Source: Candidatus Bathyarchaeota archaeon (lineage in GTDB: Archaea > Thermoproteota > Bathyarchaeia > Bathyarchaeales > Bathycorpusculaceae). Taken from it: a stretch of 64,000 nucleotides of DNA. The translations under genes were made by a program, and so were the position numbers. Below are positions 9,264 to 19,959 of this stretch, piece after piece. The stretch lies in contig CAWGZR010000005.1 of NCBI GenBank assembly GCA_963827165.1, forward strand, positions 32,001 through 96,000, written 5' to 3'. Position 1 is the first letter of the stretch. Each line of letters begins with the position of its first letter. The notes beneath the pieces are model-generated. The model was not told where the DNA came from. It was given only the letters and a program-made list of their open reading frames with translations, and made no database searches.

Positions 9264-9833
9264 TCCCGCGTAGAAATGCTCCATTGACTGTTTTTAAAGT
9301 ATTTTGTTATTCTTGCTCCTTTAGCTCTTTGTGGTTTGAACCCCGACACAGACTGTGTGAAAAGTCTTTTTCCTGTGATAGTCACTCACCATTAAGCTTA
9401 AAGCTAGCTTACGATTCGGCATACACCAACGAGACATACCTGACGGGCGGATAAGGGGTAAGGTGGAAAAACAAATCAATATAGCTCTAATAGCTATAGT
9501 CGGAATCGAGTATACGCCTCAGCAAAAGCGGAAGGAGCTTCACGAAGTCTAATTATGAAAACTCGTACTTTTACCTTGAATTCTAACCAGAGTTTAAGTA
9601 ATTAGATTTACAAAGCAGCAAAGATTCCTATGGGGCATCGTCCCGTTTTTTCAAAGAAAACTGGATTTAGTACCCAAACTCTTGAATTTGAAAAGTCGTT
9701 TTTGTCAAGTTTTCCTCAACAATGCATAAGTTATTTAAATCATAACAGGGCAAGCTGGAGAGCTATGGGTATGAAGCACGTGTGAATGCTTCTTCAACCC
9801 AAAAAAATAAATCGATAGGAGAAGAAAAGAAAA

Positions 9834-12497
9834 TTGAAAATAACAGAAAACAAAATTACATCCATTATGATTTCGATATTCTTAATACTTTCAATGACAG
9901 CTTCGCTAACACTAATACCGAACGTTAGAGCAACAGTAGGACTTGACATAGCAACTTTTGGCTTCATAAGCGTTGGACCTAGCCCGGTCGGAGTAGGGCA
10001 AACAGTACACTTGAACTTCTGGGTCGATAAACCGACACCTACGGCTAACGGAGCTTACGGAGATAGGTGGCAGAATCTTAAGGTTACAGTTACAAAGCCG
10101 GGTGGAACCACAGAAGTCTTGGGACCTTTCATCGCTGACGATACCGGAGGAACCTACACTACCTACGTGCCCTCCACAGCAGGCAACTATACCTTTGTCT
10201 TTAGCTTTCCAGGCCAAACAATTACAGGTTCCAATCCAGCACCAACAGGGACATCCGATCCAGCAGCAATCGGTACATATTTTGAACCTTGCACCAGCAG
10301 CCCAGTATACTTAACCGTTCAACAAAACCCGATACCGAGTTATCCATCAACCCCTTTACCAACAAACTACTGGCAAACTCCCGTATTCGCAATGAACACC
10401 GGCTGGAACGGCATAAGCGGCAACTGGCTTTCAACTGGGCTCGCATCCAGACTTAACAATGCCTTCAACGCCAGCGAAAACTTCGACCCGTATACAACGG
10501 CTCCAGCGACTGCCCACATAATGTGGACAAAACCATACGCTATAGGCGGATTAATCGGAGGAAACTATGGAGTTGCAGGTTCAGACCAATACACCAATTA
10601 TTATTCGACACCGCAATACGAACCTAAATTTACACCGCCAATCATCATAAACGGCGTACTCTACTACAACCTGTATCCTGGAAGTTCAACAAGCCTCGAA
10701 GGCTGGGTAGCCGTAGACTTATACACCGGACAAACATTATGGACCCAAAATTACACGACAATAAACTTGAGGATGGGTCAAGTACTAGATTACGTCTCAC
10801 CCAATCAGTACGGCGGCCTCGCATACTTGTGGGGCAACAACGGCAACACGTGGTCGATGTTCGATGCAATGACAGGAGACTGGATATTGAGCATTACAGG
10901 CGCACCTAACGGTCCCCAGTTCATGCTCGATTCATCCGGAAATCTAATCGCTTACTACATCAACAGTACCGCTGGCACACAAATAATCCAAGGCCAACCC
11001 GTAACTACTCCCAAAGGCGGCGCAATGCTACAATGTTGGAATGCTACAGAAGCAATTGAATACCCCACCGGATACATACCAGGACTCACAGCGATACAAT
11101 GGCAATGGAGACCGGGACAAGGAACAAGCATTCCTTGGTCATCAGGAATCATGTGGGCAGCAGCTGTAGCAACGACAATCACTGAACCAAATGGAACAGC
11201 GGTGGCACTCTCCCCTGCCCTCGGTTACACCACTTATAGCCAAGACATTACTGGCAATGACATTGTATTGTTCGCTGTTCCCGGGATATCAGGTACTTAT
11301 TCAGGCGGCTTAACTAGTTGGCAACCAGGCTGGGACATCGAAGCAGGCTACAGCTTAACAACAGGCGCGCAACTATGGATTGTTAACAGGACGCAAGTAC
11401 CCGACACAAGACTTGGCGAATGGCCTTGCTTTAACAGTGGCGAATATATTATGCCAAACTTTGAAATGATGTCAATAAGCGGCTTCAGCAGCAGCACTGG
11501 AAAACAGTTATGGGGACCAGTTTATCTAAACAGCACAGGCGACGAATGGGGCAACTACCAAGCCTATCCACTAATGGCATACGGCATCGTTTATGTCGCC
11601 GACTTAGGCGGCTACGTCTACGCTGTAAATGCTACAACAGGCGCTCGTTTATGGACTTGGAATACAGGAAGCGGCACATACGCAACACCATACAATGTCT
11701 TTCCTCTTTGGAGCATGGCACTAGTCGCAGGCGGAGACCTCTTCGTATTTGGCGGGCATGAGTACAGTCCACCATTGTTCCCCGGAGGTCAGTTATACTG
11801 TATAAACGCCACCACAGGCAACCTAAACTGGAGCATTCTTAACTTTCCAATTTCAAACGGTCCCACCACGGCAATAGCAGACGGAATCCTTACACTACCC
11901 AACGCATACGACAACCAAATCTACGCCTTCGGCAAAGGACCCAGCCAAACGACAGTAACAGCACCTTTGGTTGGAGTGACAACTTCTACACCAGTGACGA
12001 TAACAGGTTCTGTGACTGACATCTCCGCAGGATCGCAGCAGACAGCAGTTGCAGCAAACTTTCCGAACGGATTACCATGTGTTTCCGACGCTAGCATGAG
12101 CCAGTTCATGGAGGCAGTTTACGAGCAGCAGCCAATGCCAACCAACGTAACAGGGGTACCTGTAACAATCTCCGTTATAGACAGCAACAACAACAACAGA
12201 AACATCGGCACGACAACGACCGACGCCAGAGGCAACTTCGCCTTGACATGGACACCTGACATCACAGGCAACTTCACCGTCATCGCCACCTTCGCCGGAA
12301 CAGGATCATACTATGGATCCTCAGCGTCAACAGGCTTCAACGCAGCTTCACCTCCGACAACAGCAGTACCAGCACCAACAACGGTCAGCGGCTTAGCTAC
12401 TCAAAACGCAGTCATGTACATCGGCGTTGCGATAATCATTGTCATCATCGTAGGCATCGTCGCACTTGCAGCCATAATGCTCAGAAAACGACCGTAA
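9834..12497 (+). CDS. PQQ-type beta-propeller repeat surface protein with C-terminal membrane anchor
   Basis: Signal peptide; repeats such as VYAVNATTGARLWTW and LYCINATTGNLNWS; C-terminal Ig-like domain, TM helix and RKRP tail. Confidence 0.88.
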   Translation: MKITENKITSIMISIFLILSMTASLTLIPNVRATVGLDIATFGFISVGPSPVGVGQTVHLNFWVDKPTPTANGAYGDRWQNLKVTVTKPGGTTEVLGPFIADDTGGTYTTYVPSTAGNYTFVFSFPGQTITGSNPAPTGTSDPAAIGTYFEPCTSSPVYLTVQQNPIPSYPSTPLPTNYWQTPVFAMNTGWNGISGNWLSTGLASRLNNAFNASENFDPYTTAPATAHIMWTKPYAIGGLIGGNYGVAGSDQYTNYYSTPQYEPKFTPPIIINGVLYYNLYPGSSTSLEGWVAVDLYTGQTLWTQNYTTINLRMGQVLDYVSPNQYGGLAYLWGNNGNTWSMFDAMTGDWILSITGAPNGPQFMLDSSGNLIAYYINSTAGTQIIQGQPVTTPKGGAMLQCWNATEAIEYPTGYIPGLTAIQWQWRPGQGTSIPWSSGIMWAAAVATTITEPNGTAVALSPALGYTTYSQDITGNDIVLFAVPGISGTYSGGLTSWQPGWDIEAGYSLTTGAQLWIVNRTQVPDTRLGEWPCFNSGEYIMPNFEMMSISGFSSSTGKQLWGPVYLNSTGDEWGNYQAYPLMAYGIVYVADLGGYVYAVNATTGARLWTWNTGSGTYATPYNVFPLWSMALVAGGDLFVFGGHEYSPPLFPGGQLYCINATTGNLNWSILNFPISNGPTTAIADGILTLPNAYDNQIYAFGKGPSQTTVTAPLVGVTTSTPVTITGSVTDISAGSQQTAVAANFPNGLPCVSDASMSQFMEAVYEQQPMPTNVTGVPVTISVIDSNNNNRNIGTTTTDARGNFALTWTPDITGNFTVIATFAGTGSYYGSSASTGFNAASPPTTAVPAPTTVSGLATQNAVMYIGVAIIIVIIVGIVALAAIMLRKRP

Positions 12498-12518
12498 GCA
12501 ACTAAAACAACCTAAATC

Positions 12519-12556
12519 CCAAAACCACCTTTTTCTTTTTTTTTATTTTTTTTTTT
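12519..12556 (+). terminator. Oligo-T archaeal terminator between convergent genes
   Basis: Long T tract after the stop at 12497. Confidence 0.6.
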
Positions 12557-12622
12557 GACTAACGTCATCCTTAGTAGGTGGAAAATAGACAAAAAAAATT
12601 TAAGCCTCAAGATAAGTCTAGG

Positions 12623-13132
12623 CTATTCTTTCTTCGTTAGTTTTGTTGCTTCTTTGATTGCTTGGACGTACACTTCTTCTTTTAGCCTGAAGCCTTCCTC
12701 TATCAACTCGTCAAGAGCCTGCAGAAATCCGTCAAATTCGATTTTCCTTTGCTTAAGAGCCATAAGCAAAACGAAAATGGTTCCCCGAGGTGTTAAGCCG
12801 AGTAAACGTGCCGCAGAACGAGCGGACACTTCATCTATGAGAACTATGTCCAAGTTTAGCTGCTTTGCAAGGGACAAAGCTTCTTCCTCTCCCTTGTCCA
12901 ACTCTATTGGTATCTCGAAAGTGTCAGCAGCCACAACTTTAATCCAGCCCCGGGCAACCGCGTTTTCAACGATGTAGGCGTCTTTTCGTCCGAGCGATTT
13001 TCCTTTTTCAACTACCTCGTTCCAAACTTCTTTTGGAATCAGGATTTCTCCAAAGAGTACTTTCAAAAGGTCTAGCTTGCCTATTTTAGCTAGGTAAATG
13101 AGGGGGGTTGAGTTGGAGACGGCGCCTGGCAC
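12623..13132 (-). CDS. PIN-domain toxin (DUF3368/VapC-like)
   Basis: VSNSTPLI, IPKEVWNE, LDKGEEEAL, VLIDE..AR..A..LGL...GT motifs. Confidence 0.9.
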   Translation of the reverse strand: MPGAVSNSTPLIYLAKIGKLDLLKVLFGEILIPKEVWNEVVEKGKSLGRKDAYIVENAVARGWIKVVAADTFEIPIELDKGEEEALSLAKQLNLDIVLIDEVSARSAARLLGLTPRGTIFVLLMALKQRKIEFDGFLQALDELIEEGFRLKEEVYVQAIKEATKLTKKE

Positions 13133-13440
13133 TAGGAAGCCTTCCGTAGGCCTTTCAAATCTTCCTTAAATTCTGCCAGCGTATAAGGAACGTGAACTTC
13201 TTTTCTTTTTGCCTCATCCATCATTTCCCAAACTGACAAGCCGCATTTTCTAGCCGCCTGCCAGAGCGTTATTTTGCCTTCTTCATATTCCTGTAAGTTC
13301 TTTTCAATTAGCCAGTCCTTCGCTGCTTTCATAAGGAACCTTCGTATGACAGTAGATTTGTCCATTCCTTCTTTTTTGGCAACTTCGTCTATGATTTTGG
13401 CGAGATCATTTTCTACTCTAGTTGTTAAGGTCGTCGGCAC
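13132..13440 (-). CDS. UPF0175-family antitoxin (RHH + HTH)
   Basis: N-terminal RHH; YEEGKITLWQAARKCGLSVWE motif; overlaps the toxin gene. Confidence 0.85.
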   Translation of the reverse strand: MPTTLTTRVENDLAKIIDEVAKKEGMDKSTVIRRFLMKAAKDWLIEKNLQEYEEGKITLWQAARKCGLSVWEMMDEAKRKEVHVPYTLAEFKEDLKGLRKAS

Positions 13441-13518
13441 ATCTTATCCCGTATTAAAATGATGCAAATAAATACTTAAGTATTCGCAGAGAAAAAAGGA
13501 ACCACTCAAAAAGTTTGT

Positions 13519-13596
13519 TGGTGGGGCTGCCCGGATTTGAACCGGAGTCTATAGAGCCCAAGTCTACAAGCCTAGACCAAGCTAGCCGACAGCCCC
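13519..13596 (-). tRNA. tRNA-Pro(TGG)
   Basis: GGGGCTG/CAGCCCC acceptor stem, anticodon arm GTAGA-CTTGGGC-TCTAT, TTCAAAT T-loop, encoded CCA, no intron. Confidence 0.95.
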
Positions 13597-14059
13597 GCGC
13601 GTTGCTGGCTACATTAATTTCAGCGGGGTCATAAAAACCTTAGCCACAGTCTACGCGCAGGTATAGATAGAGACATTACCGTTTTTAAGCGGTTTCACGA
13701 TCAAGACGCAGAAAAAAGCGTCTATGAAAAGCATGATTGGAAATATAGGGGATATTTGATTTCTCTTTTGGAACTATACCGGTTGTTCCATGTATTTGGG
13801 AGTCTATCTATCCATCGCTCAATCCACTTAGGAACTCTATTTACCAATGCTGCATTCTTATAATTTAAGAAAATCTCTAATAAAAATTACCAAAATCACG
13901 GTGCCTTCATTTTCAGGGCCAAAATATTGTTGACAAGGATGAAAGTTTAGTCGGGCTGCAATTTGGGTAAGATTTGAGTGCAAATCTGGAAAATCGATTA
14001 ATAATCTCCACCGTTAGAAGAAGTTGAAAACTTGAAAACAGAGAAGGGAGATTTGGAGG

Positions 14060-14302
14060 ATGAAGCAAATACAGGTGTATGTGTTGGATTTGACCAAAAT
14101 TGGTGGAAGCGGAGACCTTTGGTGTCCAGGATGTGGAAACGCGATATCTCCAGATGACTGTACCGAAGTGGGTTATTCAATTCTAGAAGCAAAGGTCAGT
14201 AATCAGAGTTTAGAGGAACTAATGGTTCGCTGCAATAAGTGTGAAAGTGAACTGCATTTGATTGGATTTTCGCTCTTACAAAAACTGGACGCGAACTTGT
14301 AA
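14060..14302 (+). CDS. Small Zn-ribbon protein
   Basis: CPGC...CNKC; GGAGG-like RBS upstream. Confidence 0.7.
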   Translation: MKQIQVYVLDLTKIGGSGDLWCPGCGNAISPDDCTEVGYSILEAKVSNQSLEELMVRCNKCESELHLIGFSLLQKLDANL

Positions 14303-14808
14303 CCAAGCGTAGAGGCAGGAAATAACGCAACAATCTCTGCATAAAAATAGAAACAAAAAACCAGGGGAATCCGACTTGGAGAAACCGGAAAAGCAGAATT
14401 TATCTTAAGGGTCATAGTAAACCGAATTTAAGTGAAATAGTTGAAACACTACGATCCGCCCCGGCAACCACTTTCTTCTTCAGGCTAACTGAAGATCGAA
14501 CGGCCGCATCTAGAGCCGCTCTCACGCTCATATTACCCCGTTATACACCTCTGTTGCCCCAACACCCGCATGCAAAAATGAGTAATTCAAAAACTAAAAG
14601 GCAAAACCAATATTCCCAAATTCGCCAGATTCCACGATTTAAGCCCCAAATCTCAGCTCTTTCGAGCACACCAAAGCAAGGGGATCCCCCTAAAATTACT
14701 CAAAAATGAATAATTGAATAGCAAGAGGCAAGAAGCCGCCAAGTTCAGGCGCACAGAGCATATGTTGGTTATGGACTTATGAAAAAAAGAAAACGAGTGG
14801 GGATGCTT

Positions 14809-14913
14809 TTACATCATTGGGTATTCTTTGACGGCGGTTGCGGGCATGGTGATTGTTTCGGTTACGCCTCTTATTGAGGAGATTTGTTCTCCTACGAAGT
14901 GGCGTCTCTGTCT
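14809..14913 (-). pseudogene. C-terminal remnant resembling an Lrp/AsnC ligand-binding domain
   Basis: RHFVGEQISSIRGVTETITM...* resembles the Lrp/AsnC C-terminus; lies in frame after the trxB TAG. Confidence 0.5.
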
Positions 14914-15849
14914 CTATGCCTTGGCTTTTCTAACGTAGGCTGAAGCACGCATCGCAGCCATTGCGCCTTCCCCAGCCGCCGTGACCACCTGCATCCCGCC
15001 GCATGTACAGTCTCCAGCAGCGAACACACCTTCGACATTTGTTTTCTGTTGTCGATCAACAGTTAAGCAGCCTGATGGGTCGGTGGCTACTCCAGCGTTT
15101 TTAACTATGGATGTCATAGGTACTCCGCCTAAAGAAACAAAAACGCCTTTAACGGCCCGCTCCAACTCGCGTTTTGAATTGAACTCTAGAATTTTCACAG
15201 ATTTAACCACCTGCTCGCCCACGATTCTTACAACTTGCCCCATGATGACTTCAATGTTCGCTCTGCTTCTGAGCCTATCCATGAGGGCACCTTCAAAATT
15301 TAGTTGTTGCTGCTCACTCACAAGCAGAACCTGGCTTGCCAAATCTGACATGAATAGGGCGTCGATAGCTGCTTCTTCGCCGTTGCCCACCACTGCCACC
15401 GTCGCGTTCCTAAAGAATGGACCATCACAGGTTACACAGAAGCTGACGCCACGTCCGACAAAATCGGTTTCGCCTGCCACAAGCAGTTTTCTGCGTTGAG
15501 TCCCAGTTGCGATAATCACTGCAGACGCCTCGTAGCTTTGTTTTCGGGATATGACCCGTTTGAATTCGCCCTTCAGCTCCAACGCCACAACTTCCTCGCC
15601 TTCCGCGATCTCCGCTTGAAAACGCAGAGCCTGCAAACGCATTTTCTCCGCTAATTCGCTGCCTTTAACGCCGAATTCGAAGCCGGGAAAATTCTCGATT
15701 TTAGGCGCCAACCATGCCCTGCCGCCGACGACGCCTGCCTCCAAAACAACGGTTTTCAACCCCAGCCACGAAGTGTAAATTGCGGCGGTCAACCCTGCGG
15801 GTCCGCCTCCGATAATCAAAACGTCGATCTTTTTGCTTTCTGCTTCCAT
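14914..15849 (-). CDS. trxB: Thioredoxin reductase
   Basis: GGGPAGLTAA FAD motif, CVTC redox motif, TNVEGVFAAGD. Confidence 0.93.
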   Translation of the reverse strand: MEAESKKIDVLIIGGGPAGLTAAIYTSWLGLKTVVLEAGVVGGRAWLAPKIENFPGFEFGVKGSELAEKMRLQALRFQAEIAEGEEVVALELKGEFKRVISRKQSYEASAVIIATGTQRRKLLVAGETDFVGRGVSFCVTCDGPFFRNATVAVVGNGEEAAIDALFMSDLASQVLLVSEQQQLNFEGALMDRLRSRANIEVIMGQVVRIVGEQVVKSVKILEFNSKRELERAVKGVFVSLGGVPMTSIVKNAGVATDPSGCLTVDRQQKTNVEGVFAAGDCTCGGMQVVTAAGEGAMAAMRASAYVRKAKA

Positions 15850-16006
15850 TTTGACTTCACCAAAAACTCAGTATCCTAACTTTACTGTATCCAACGGAGG
15901 TTGAATAGGTTTTCGATTGCTGTGCTGTGAGAAAGGAAATTTTAGGTGGTTTTTAGTTTGGGTTTTTAAGGTGCACCGCCCTAAATGGTTTTAGGGTGTC
16001 ATTGGC

Positions 16007-16447
16007 TTGCAGCAAAATGAGGAGCTTAATGCGTCAACTTTCCAGACTTACATGTATCTTGTTAAAGTAGGCAAGCCCGTTGGACCAAGGGACGTCATGC
16101 GTGGAGCCAACCTAAGCAGCCCCAGCGTGGCTTACAGGAATCTTCAGAAACTCGTAGATCTTGAATTAGTGGTCAAAGACGAGTACAGCAACTACGTTAT
16201 CAAAGAAAAAGCAAAAATGAAAGGCTACATGTGGTTTGGCAAAACTTTGTTGCCGAGCTTTGTTATATTCGGCTTCATATTTGTAGGCGTATTGATTGCT
16301 GAAATCGGCATTTTGGTTCCGCACCTGATCTTGGGCTCTTCGATTCAAGAGTCATTCTGGCTCTGGATCATAACCACCATTGCCGCCGCACTGCTTTTTC
16401 TGGTCACAGCCGTACGCTTCAGAATGAAGCTTAAGAACCAGCCTTAA
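16007..16447 (+). CDS. wHTH protein with two C-terminal TM helices
   Basis: PVGPRDVMRGANLSSPSVAYRNLQKL wHTH followed by two hydrophobic segments. Confidence 0.75.
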   Translation: MQQNEELNASTFQTYMYLVKVGKPVGPRDVMRGANLSSPSVAYRNLQKLVDLELVVKDEYSNYVIKEKAKMKGYMWFGKTLLPSFVIFGFIFVGVLIAEIGILVPHLILGSSIQESFWLWIITTIAAALLFLVTAVRFRMKLKNQP

Positions 16448-16513
16448 AAACACAGCGCGCATGCAGGAAATTTAGGGTTCTAAAAAAAATAAAAAGAAAG
16501 GTTAGTTGTTTGT

Positions 16514-18163
16514 TTATTCTTCGCCTTGGGGACCGCCCATTCCGCCTGGGCCGCCTGCTCCGCCTTTGGGCGATTTAGCTGTTATCACGTCGTCGATGCG
16601 CAGTATCATGGCTGCTGATTCCGCTGCTGATTTGATAGCTTGTTCTTTAACAACGATTGGCTCGATGACTCCGTTTGCGATGCTGTCTTGCAATTTGCCT
16701 GTGAAGACATTGATGCCAAAGTTTTTGCCGTCCGCTGTGTCGTGTTTTTGGCGAAGTTCAACGAGGATGTCTATGGGTTCTAAACCTGCGTTTTCGGCGA
16801 GTGTGCGTGGGATGACTTCAACGGCGTCTGCAAATGCTTCAACGGCTAGTTGTTCTCGTCCGCCGACTTTGGTCGCGTATTTGCGTAGTTCCTTAGCGAT
16901 TTCGACTTCAACTGCGCCGCCGCCTGGAACAATCTTATTGTTTTCAATAACGTCAGAAACCACTGATAACGAGTCAATCATGGCTCTTTCTGCTTCGTCA
17001 ACGAGGCGTTCAAGCCCTGCGCGGATAAGTATTGCAACGCTATGCGCATCTTTGCATTTTTCGACGAAGATCATTTTGTCGTCGCCGATTTTGCGTTCTG
17101 TAACTGATCCTGCGAAGCCAAGATCTGCAGCTTTAAGGTCGTCTAGATCGCTGATTATGCGTGCACCTGTTGCTCTTGAGAGTTTCTCCATGTCGGATTC
17201 TTTTACGCGTCGCGCCGCCATTATGCCGACTTTGGATAGGAAATGCTGAACCATGTCGTCGATGCCTTTCTGGCAGAACACCACGTCTGCGCCTGAAGCC
17301 TTAACTTTGGTAACCATCTTCTGCAGCATGTCGTCTTCCTGATTTAGGAAAGCCTTCATCTGAGACGGGTCTTTTATTCGGATTTCCGCGCTTATCTCGG
17401 TTTTCTCGATTTCAAGCGCTGCATCCAGCAAAGCGATCTTTGCGTTTTCCTTACTCTTAGGCATTCCAGGGTTTACGACTTCTTTGTCGATGATTATGCC
17501 TTGGATAAGTTGGGTTTCAAGAAGGCTTTTACCTGTTTTCTTTATGAGTTGGATATTATCGATGTCCGCAATGGTTTTGTCTCCCCGTTGCTCAGCAATC
17601 TGTTTGACGGCTTCGATGCTTATTTCCGCCAAATGCTCGCGTGCGCTGCCGACGGCCTTGCTGCTCATGCTTGTTAAGGAAACCTTGAGTAGGGTGGCTT
17701 TGTCGTTGACGTCCAGTGGAGTGGCAAGTTTGTTTATGACTTCGATAGCTTTCTGGCTGGCTTTTCGGTAGCCGCTGACCAATATTATTGGGTGGATGTT
17801 TTGGTCAAGGAGTTCCTCAGCTCTTTTGAGGAGTTCACTTGCAAGAACCACTGCAGTTGTTGTTCCGTCGCCGACCATGTCGTCTTGGGTTTTTGCGATT
17901 TCAACCATCATTTTGGCTGCGGGGTGTTCAACGTCGATTTCCTTGAGGATTGCGGCGCCGTCGTTTGTTATTGTTATGTCTCCCAGGCTGTCGATGAGCA
18001 TTTTATCCATGCCTCTTGGGCCAAGGGTGGTTTTGAGCACTTCGCCTATGACGCGTGCCGCCATGATGTTGTTTCTTTGGGCTTCTTTGCCCCTGCTTCT
18101 TTGTGTTCCTTCTTTTAGAATGAGGACTGGCTGTCCTGAATTGGTTGTTGTTAAATACGCCAT
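16514..18163 (-). CDS. ths: Thermosome (group II chaperonin) subunit
   Basis: [19 protein letters not shown] tail. Confidence 0.97.
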   Translation of the reverse strand: MAYLTTTNSGQPVLILKEGTQRSRGKEAQRNNIMAARVIGEVLKTTLGPRGMDKMLIDSLGDITITNDGAAILKEIDVEHPAAKMMVEIAKTQDDMVGDGTTTAVVLASELLKRAEELLDQNIHPIILVSGYRKASQKAIEVINKLATPLDVNDKATLLKVSLTSMSSKAVGSAREHLAEISIEAVKQIAEQRGDKTIADIDNIQLIKKTGKSLLETQLIQGIIIDKEVVNPGMPKSKENAKIALLDAALEIEKTEISAEIRIKDPSQMKAFLNQEDDMLQKMVTKVKASGADVVFCQKGIDDMVQHFLSKVGIMAARRVKESDMEKLSRATGARIISDLDDLKAADLGFAGSVTERKIGDDKMIFVEKCKDAHSVAILIRAGLERLVDEAERAMIDSLSVVSDVIENNKIVPGGGAVEVEIAKELRKYATKVGGREQLAVEAFADAVEVIPRTLAENAGLEPIDILVELRQKHDTADGKNFGINVFTGKLQDSIANGVIEPIVVKEQAIKSAAESAAMILRIDDVITAKSPKGGAGGPGGMGGPQGEE

Positions 18164-18381
18164 ATGTTACACCATCTTAATAGAACTTGTTTTTATTATA
18201 TCGGAAATAAGCAAAAAGTCAACGGAAATATAAACTTTTAGCTTCGGAAACTGTAGGTTTCCGATTTTTCAGGTTGGGTACATGGTTTTTTGGATTACAT
18301 TTTTGGTTTGAGGCTAAAGGGTTGTTGTTGCGATTTGTCTGATGGCTCGGGCGGATGGCGCTCCATCGGGATTGATTGATT

Positions 18382-19779
18382 TTAATCGGACGACTTCTGA
18401 GCAACAATGCGACCAGCCTTGATGGCGTCCAGCATAGCTTGATAATCATGCTCGACTTGTTCTGCGTAGGAAACGCTAAAGTCTGCAATCGCCTCATCGA
18501 ACGATTTACCCCCATCCAGATACCCTGAAATCCCAGCGGCATCTCCAGAACGGGCATGACCAAGCGCCAAACAGTTACTACAGCACAAAAGATAATCCTT
18601 AAAACCTGTAACATTCAACACGGAAACATCAACGGACCCTTTCATATCTCTTAGTTGGCGCCAATAATAATCACGTCCGGAAGAAGCAAAACCGCGGCTC
18701 CACCCCAAAAAAGCGTCGCTTGCCGACTGCATTAACCGCTGCCCAGTCACCACACGGTCCGCATGATTGGCAAATTCCCCGGGACCAAGATATCGTTCCA
18801 ACACAGAAGACCCCGCTTCCTTTTGCTGCAAAACAATTTCGTCATCTGTTGAGTTAGCTTCCAACAAAGCTACGAAGCACCTGGTTCCCACGCTGCCCAC
18901 ACCCACAACTCTTAGCGCGGCATCAACAAGATGATAACGATACAGCAGCTCGCGACGATTTATTTCAACGCTGGTGACGTACTCAAGCCAAGCTTTTTCC
19001 AGGTCGTTTCTTGATACCTGAATTTTACTTTCAGGATTGTCTGTTAAGGGAACCATAAGGGGTGGATTATTGATAAATTGTCGTTGAGAACCCACGACTT
19101 CAGTGAACTGCTCAAGTGATTGTTGCTCCGTTCTACTGCGGGCTTTCTTAATGGTTTTTGTCAGAATTTTCGACGCTTTTTTGGAGTTCTGAAACGTTTC
19201 TAAAAACTTCTTAGCATCCACATGGTAATACCACAATTCCAGAGTTAGCATATTGGCAAAGTTGGTTATTGCCTTACGATACTTTCTAGAAGTGTACCTC
19301 GCTAATTCGCGGCAATCTTCAGGTTTAAACCCGTTGTCCAGCCCCGCAACAACTGCGCTGACTGCTAACCGTTTGAGGTCCCACTCCCACGGACCAGGGA
19401 AACATTCATCAAAGTCATTTATGTCAAAAATTAGTTTGCGCTCCGGCGAAGCAAAGATCCCGAAATTGGATACGTGCGCGTCGCCGCACAACATTGTTTC
19501 GATTCCGGTGACGGGTGTAACTGTAAGGTCAGCTGCCATTACAACGGCTGAACCCTTAAGATAAGCAAAAGCTGAAGCCGCCATGCGGCTATATTTGATA
19601 GGTAGCAAGAACTGCAATCGTCCTTTGTCATTTTCTTGAATTAGGTTGACGGGGTCTTCGATATTACTGGGGCGTTTCCATTCACGGTGGCTCCACCAAG
19701 GAATCTTTGAACTAAGCTCTTTCCCTTTTTGCCAACGCTCCTGATGACTAAAACCGCTATTTGGCGGAATAGATGAAAT
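18382..19779 (-). CDS. DUF2252 family kinase-like protein
   Basis: CGDAHVSNFG, FDINDFDE, VGVGSVG motifs; the frame extends upstream to ATT at 19779 (or ATC at 19782) after an AGGAGGT RBS. Confidence 0.85.
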   Translation of the reverse strand: MSSIPPNSGFSHQERWQKGKELSSKIPWWSHREWKRPSNIEDPVNLIQENDKGRLQFLLPIKYSRMAASAFAYLKGSAVVMAADLTVTPVTGIETMLCGDAHVSNFGIFASPERKLIFDINDFDECFPGPWEWDLKRLAVSAVVAGLDNGFKPEDCRELARYTSRKYRKAITNFANMLTLELWYYHVDAKKFLETFQNSKKASKILTKTIKKARSRTEQQSLEQFTEVVGSQRQFINNPPLMVPLTDNPESKIQVSRNDLEKAWLEYVTSVEINRRELLYRYHLVDAALRVVGVGSVGTRCFVALLEANSTDDEIVLQQKEAGSSVLERYLGPGEFANHADRVVTGQRLMQSASDAFLGWSRGFASSGRDYYWRQLRDMKGSVDVSVLNVTGFKDYLLCCSNCLALGHARSGDAAGISGYLDGGKSFDEAIADFSVSYAEQVEHDYQAMLDAIKAGRIVAQKSSD

Positions 19780-19959
19780 GATTCTCTATACCTCCTTTTT
19801 GTTACGATTACCCATTCATTTGGCAACGGTCAGTTGCCAACAATCAGTTATTTTTATTCAGAAATAAAGATATGTGATTGTCTATGATCCTCACAAATTT
19901 AAAAATTTACGATTAGCCCCTAACGCCTCAAAAAAATTATGAATTTGAAGAAAACCGCC

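Noticed and set aside
9330-9350. GGTTTGAACCCCG as another tRNA T-arm remnant
   Set aside because: Too short, and the flanks do not fit a tRNA
14470-14500. Hammerhead ribozyme suggested by CTGAAGA...GAAA
   Set aside because: No stem II between the core motifs on either strand
16506-18233. Long antisense ORFs over the thermosome (and similar ones over thiL, infB, trxB, rps2)
   Set aside because: Shadow frames of well-supported genes on the opposite strand
19641-19826. Separate 61-aa ORF or frameshift upstream of DUF2252
   Set aside because: The DUF2252 frame itself is continuous through this region
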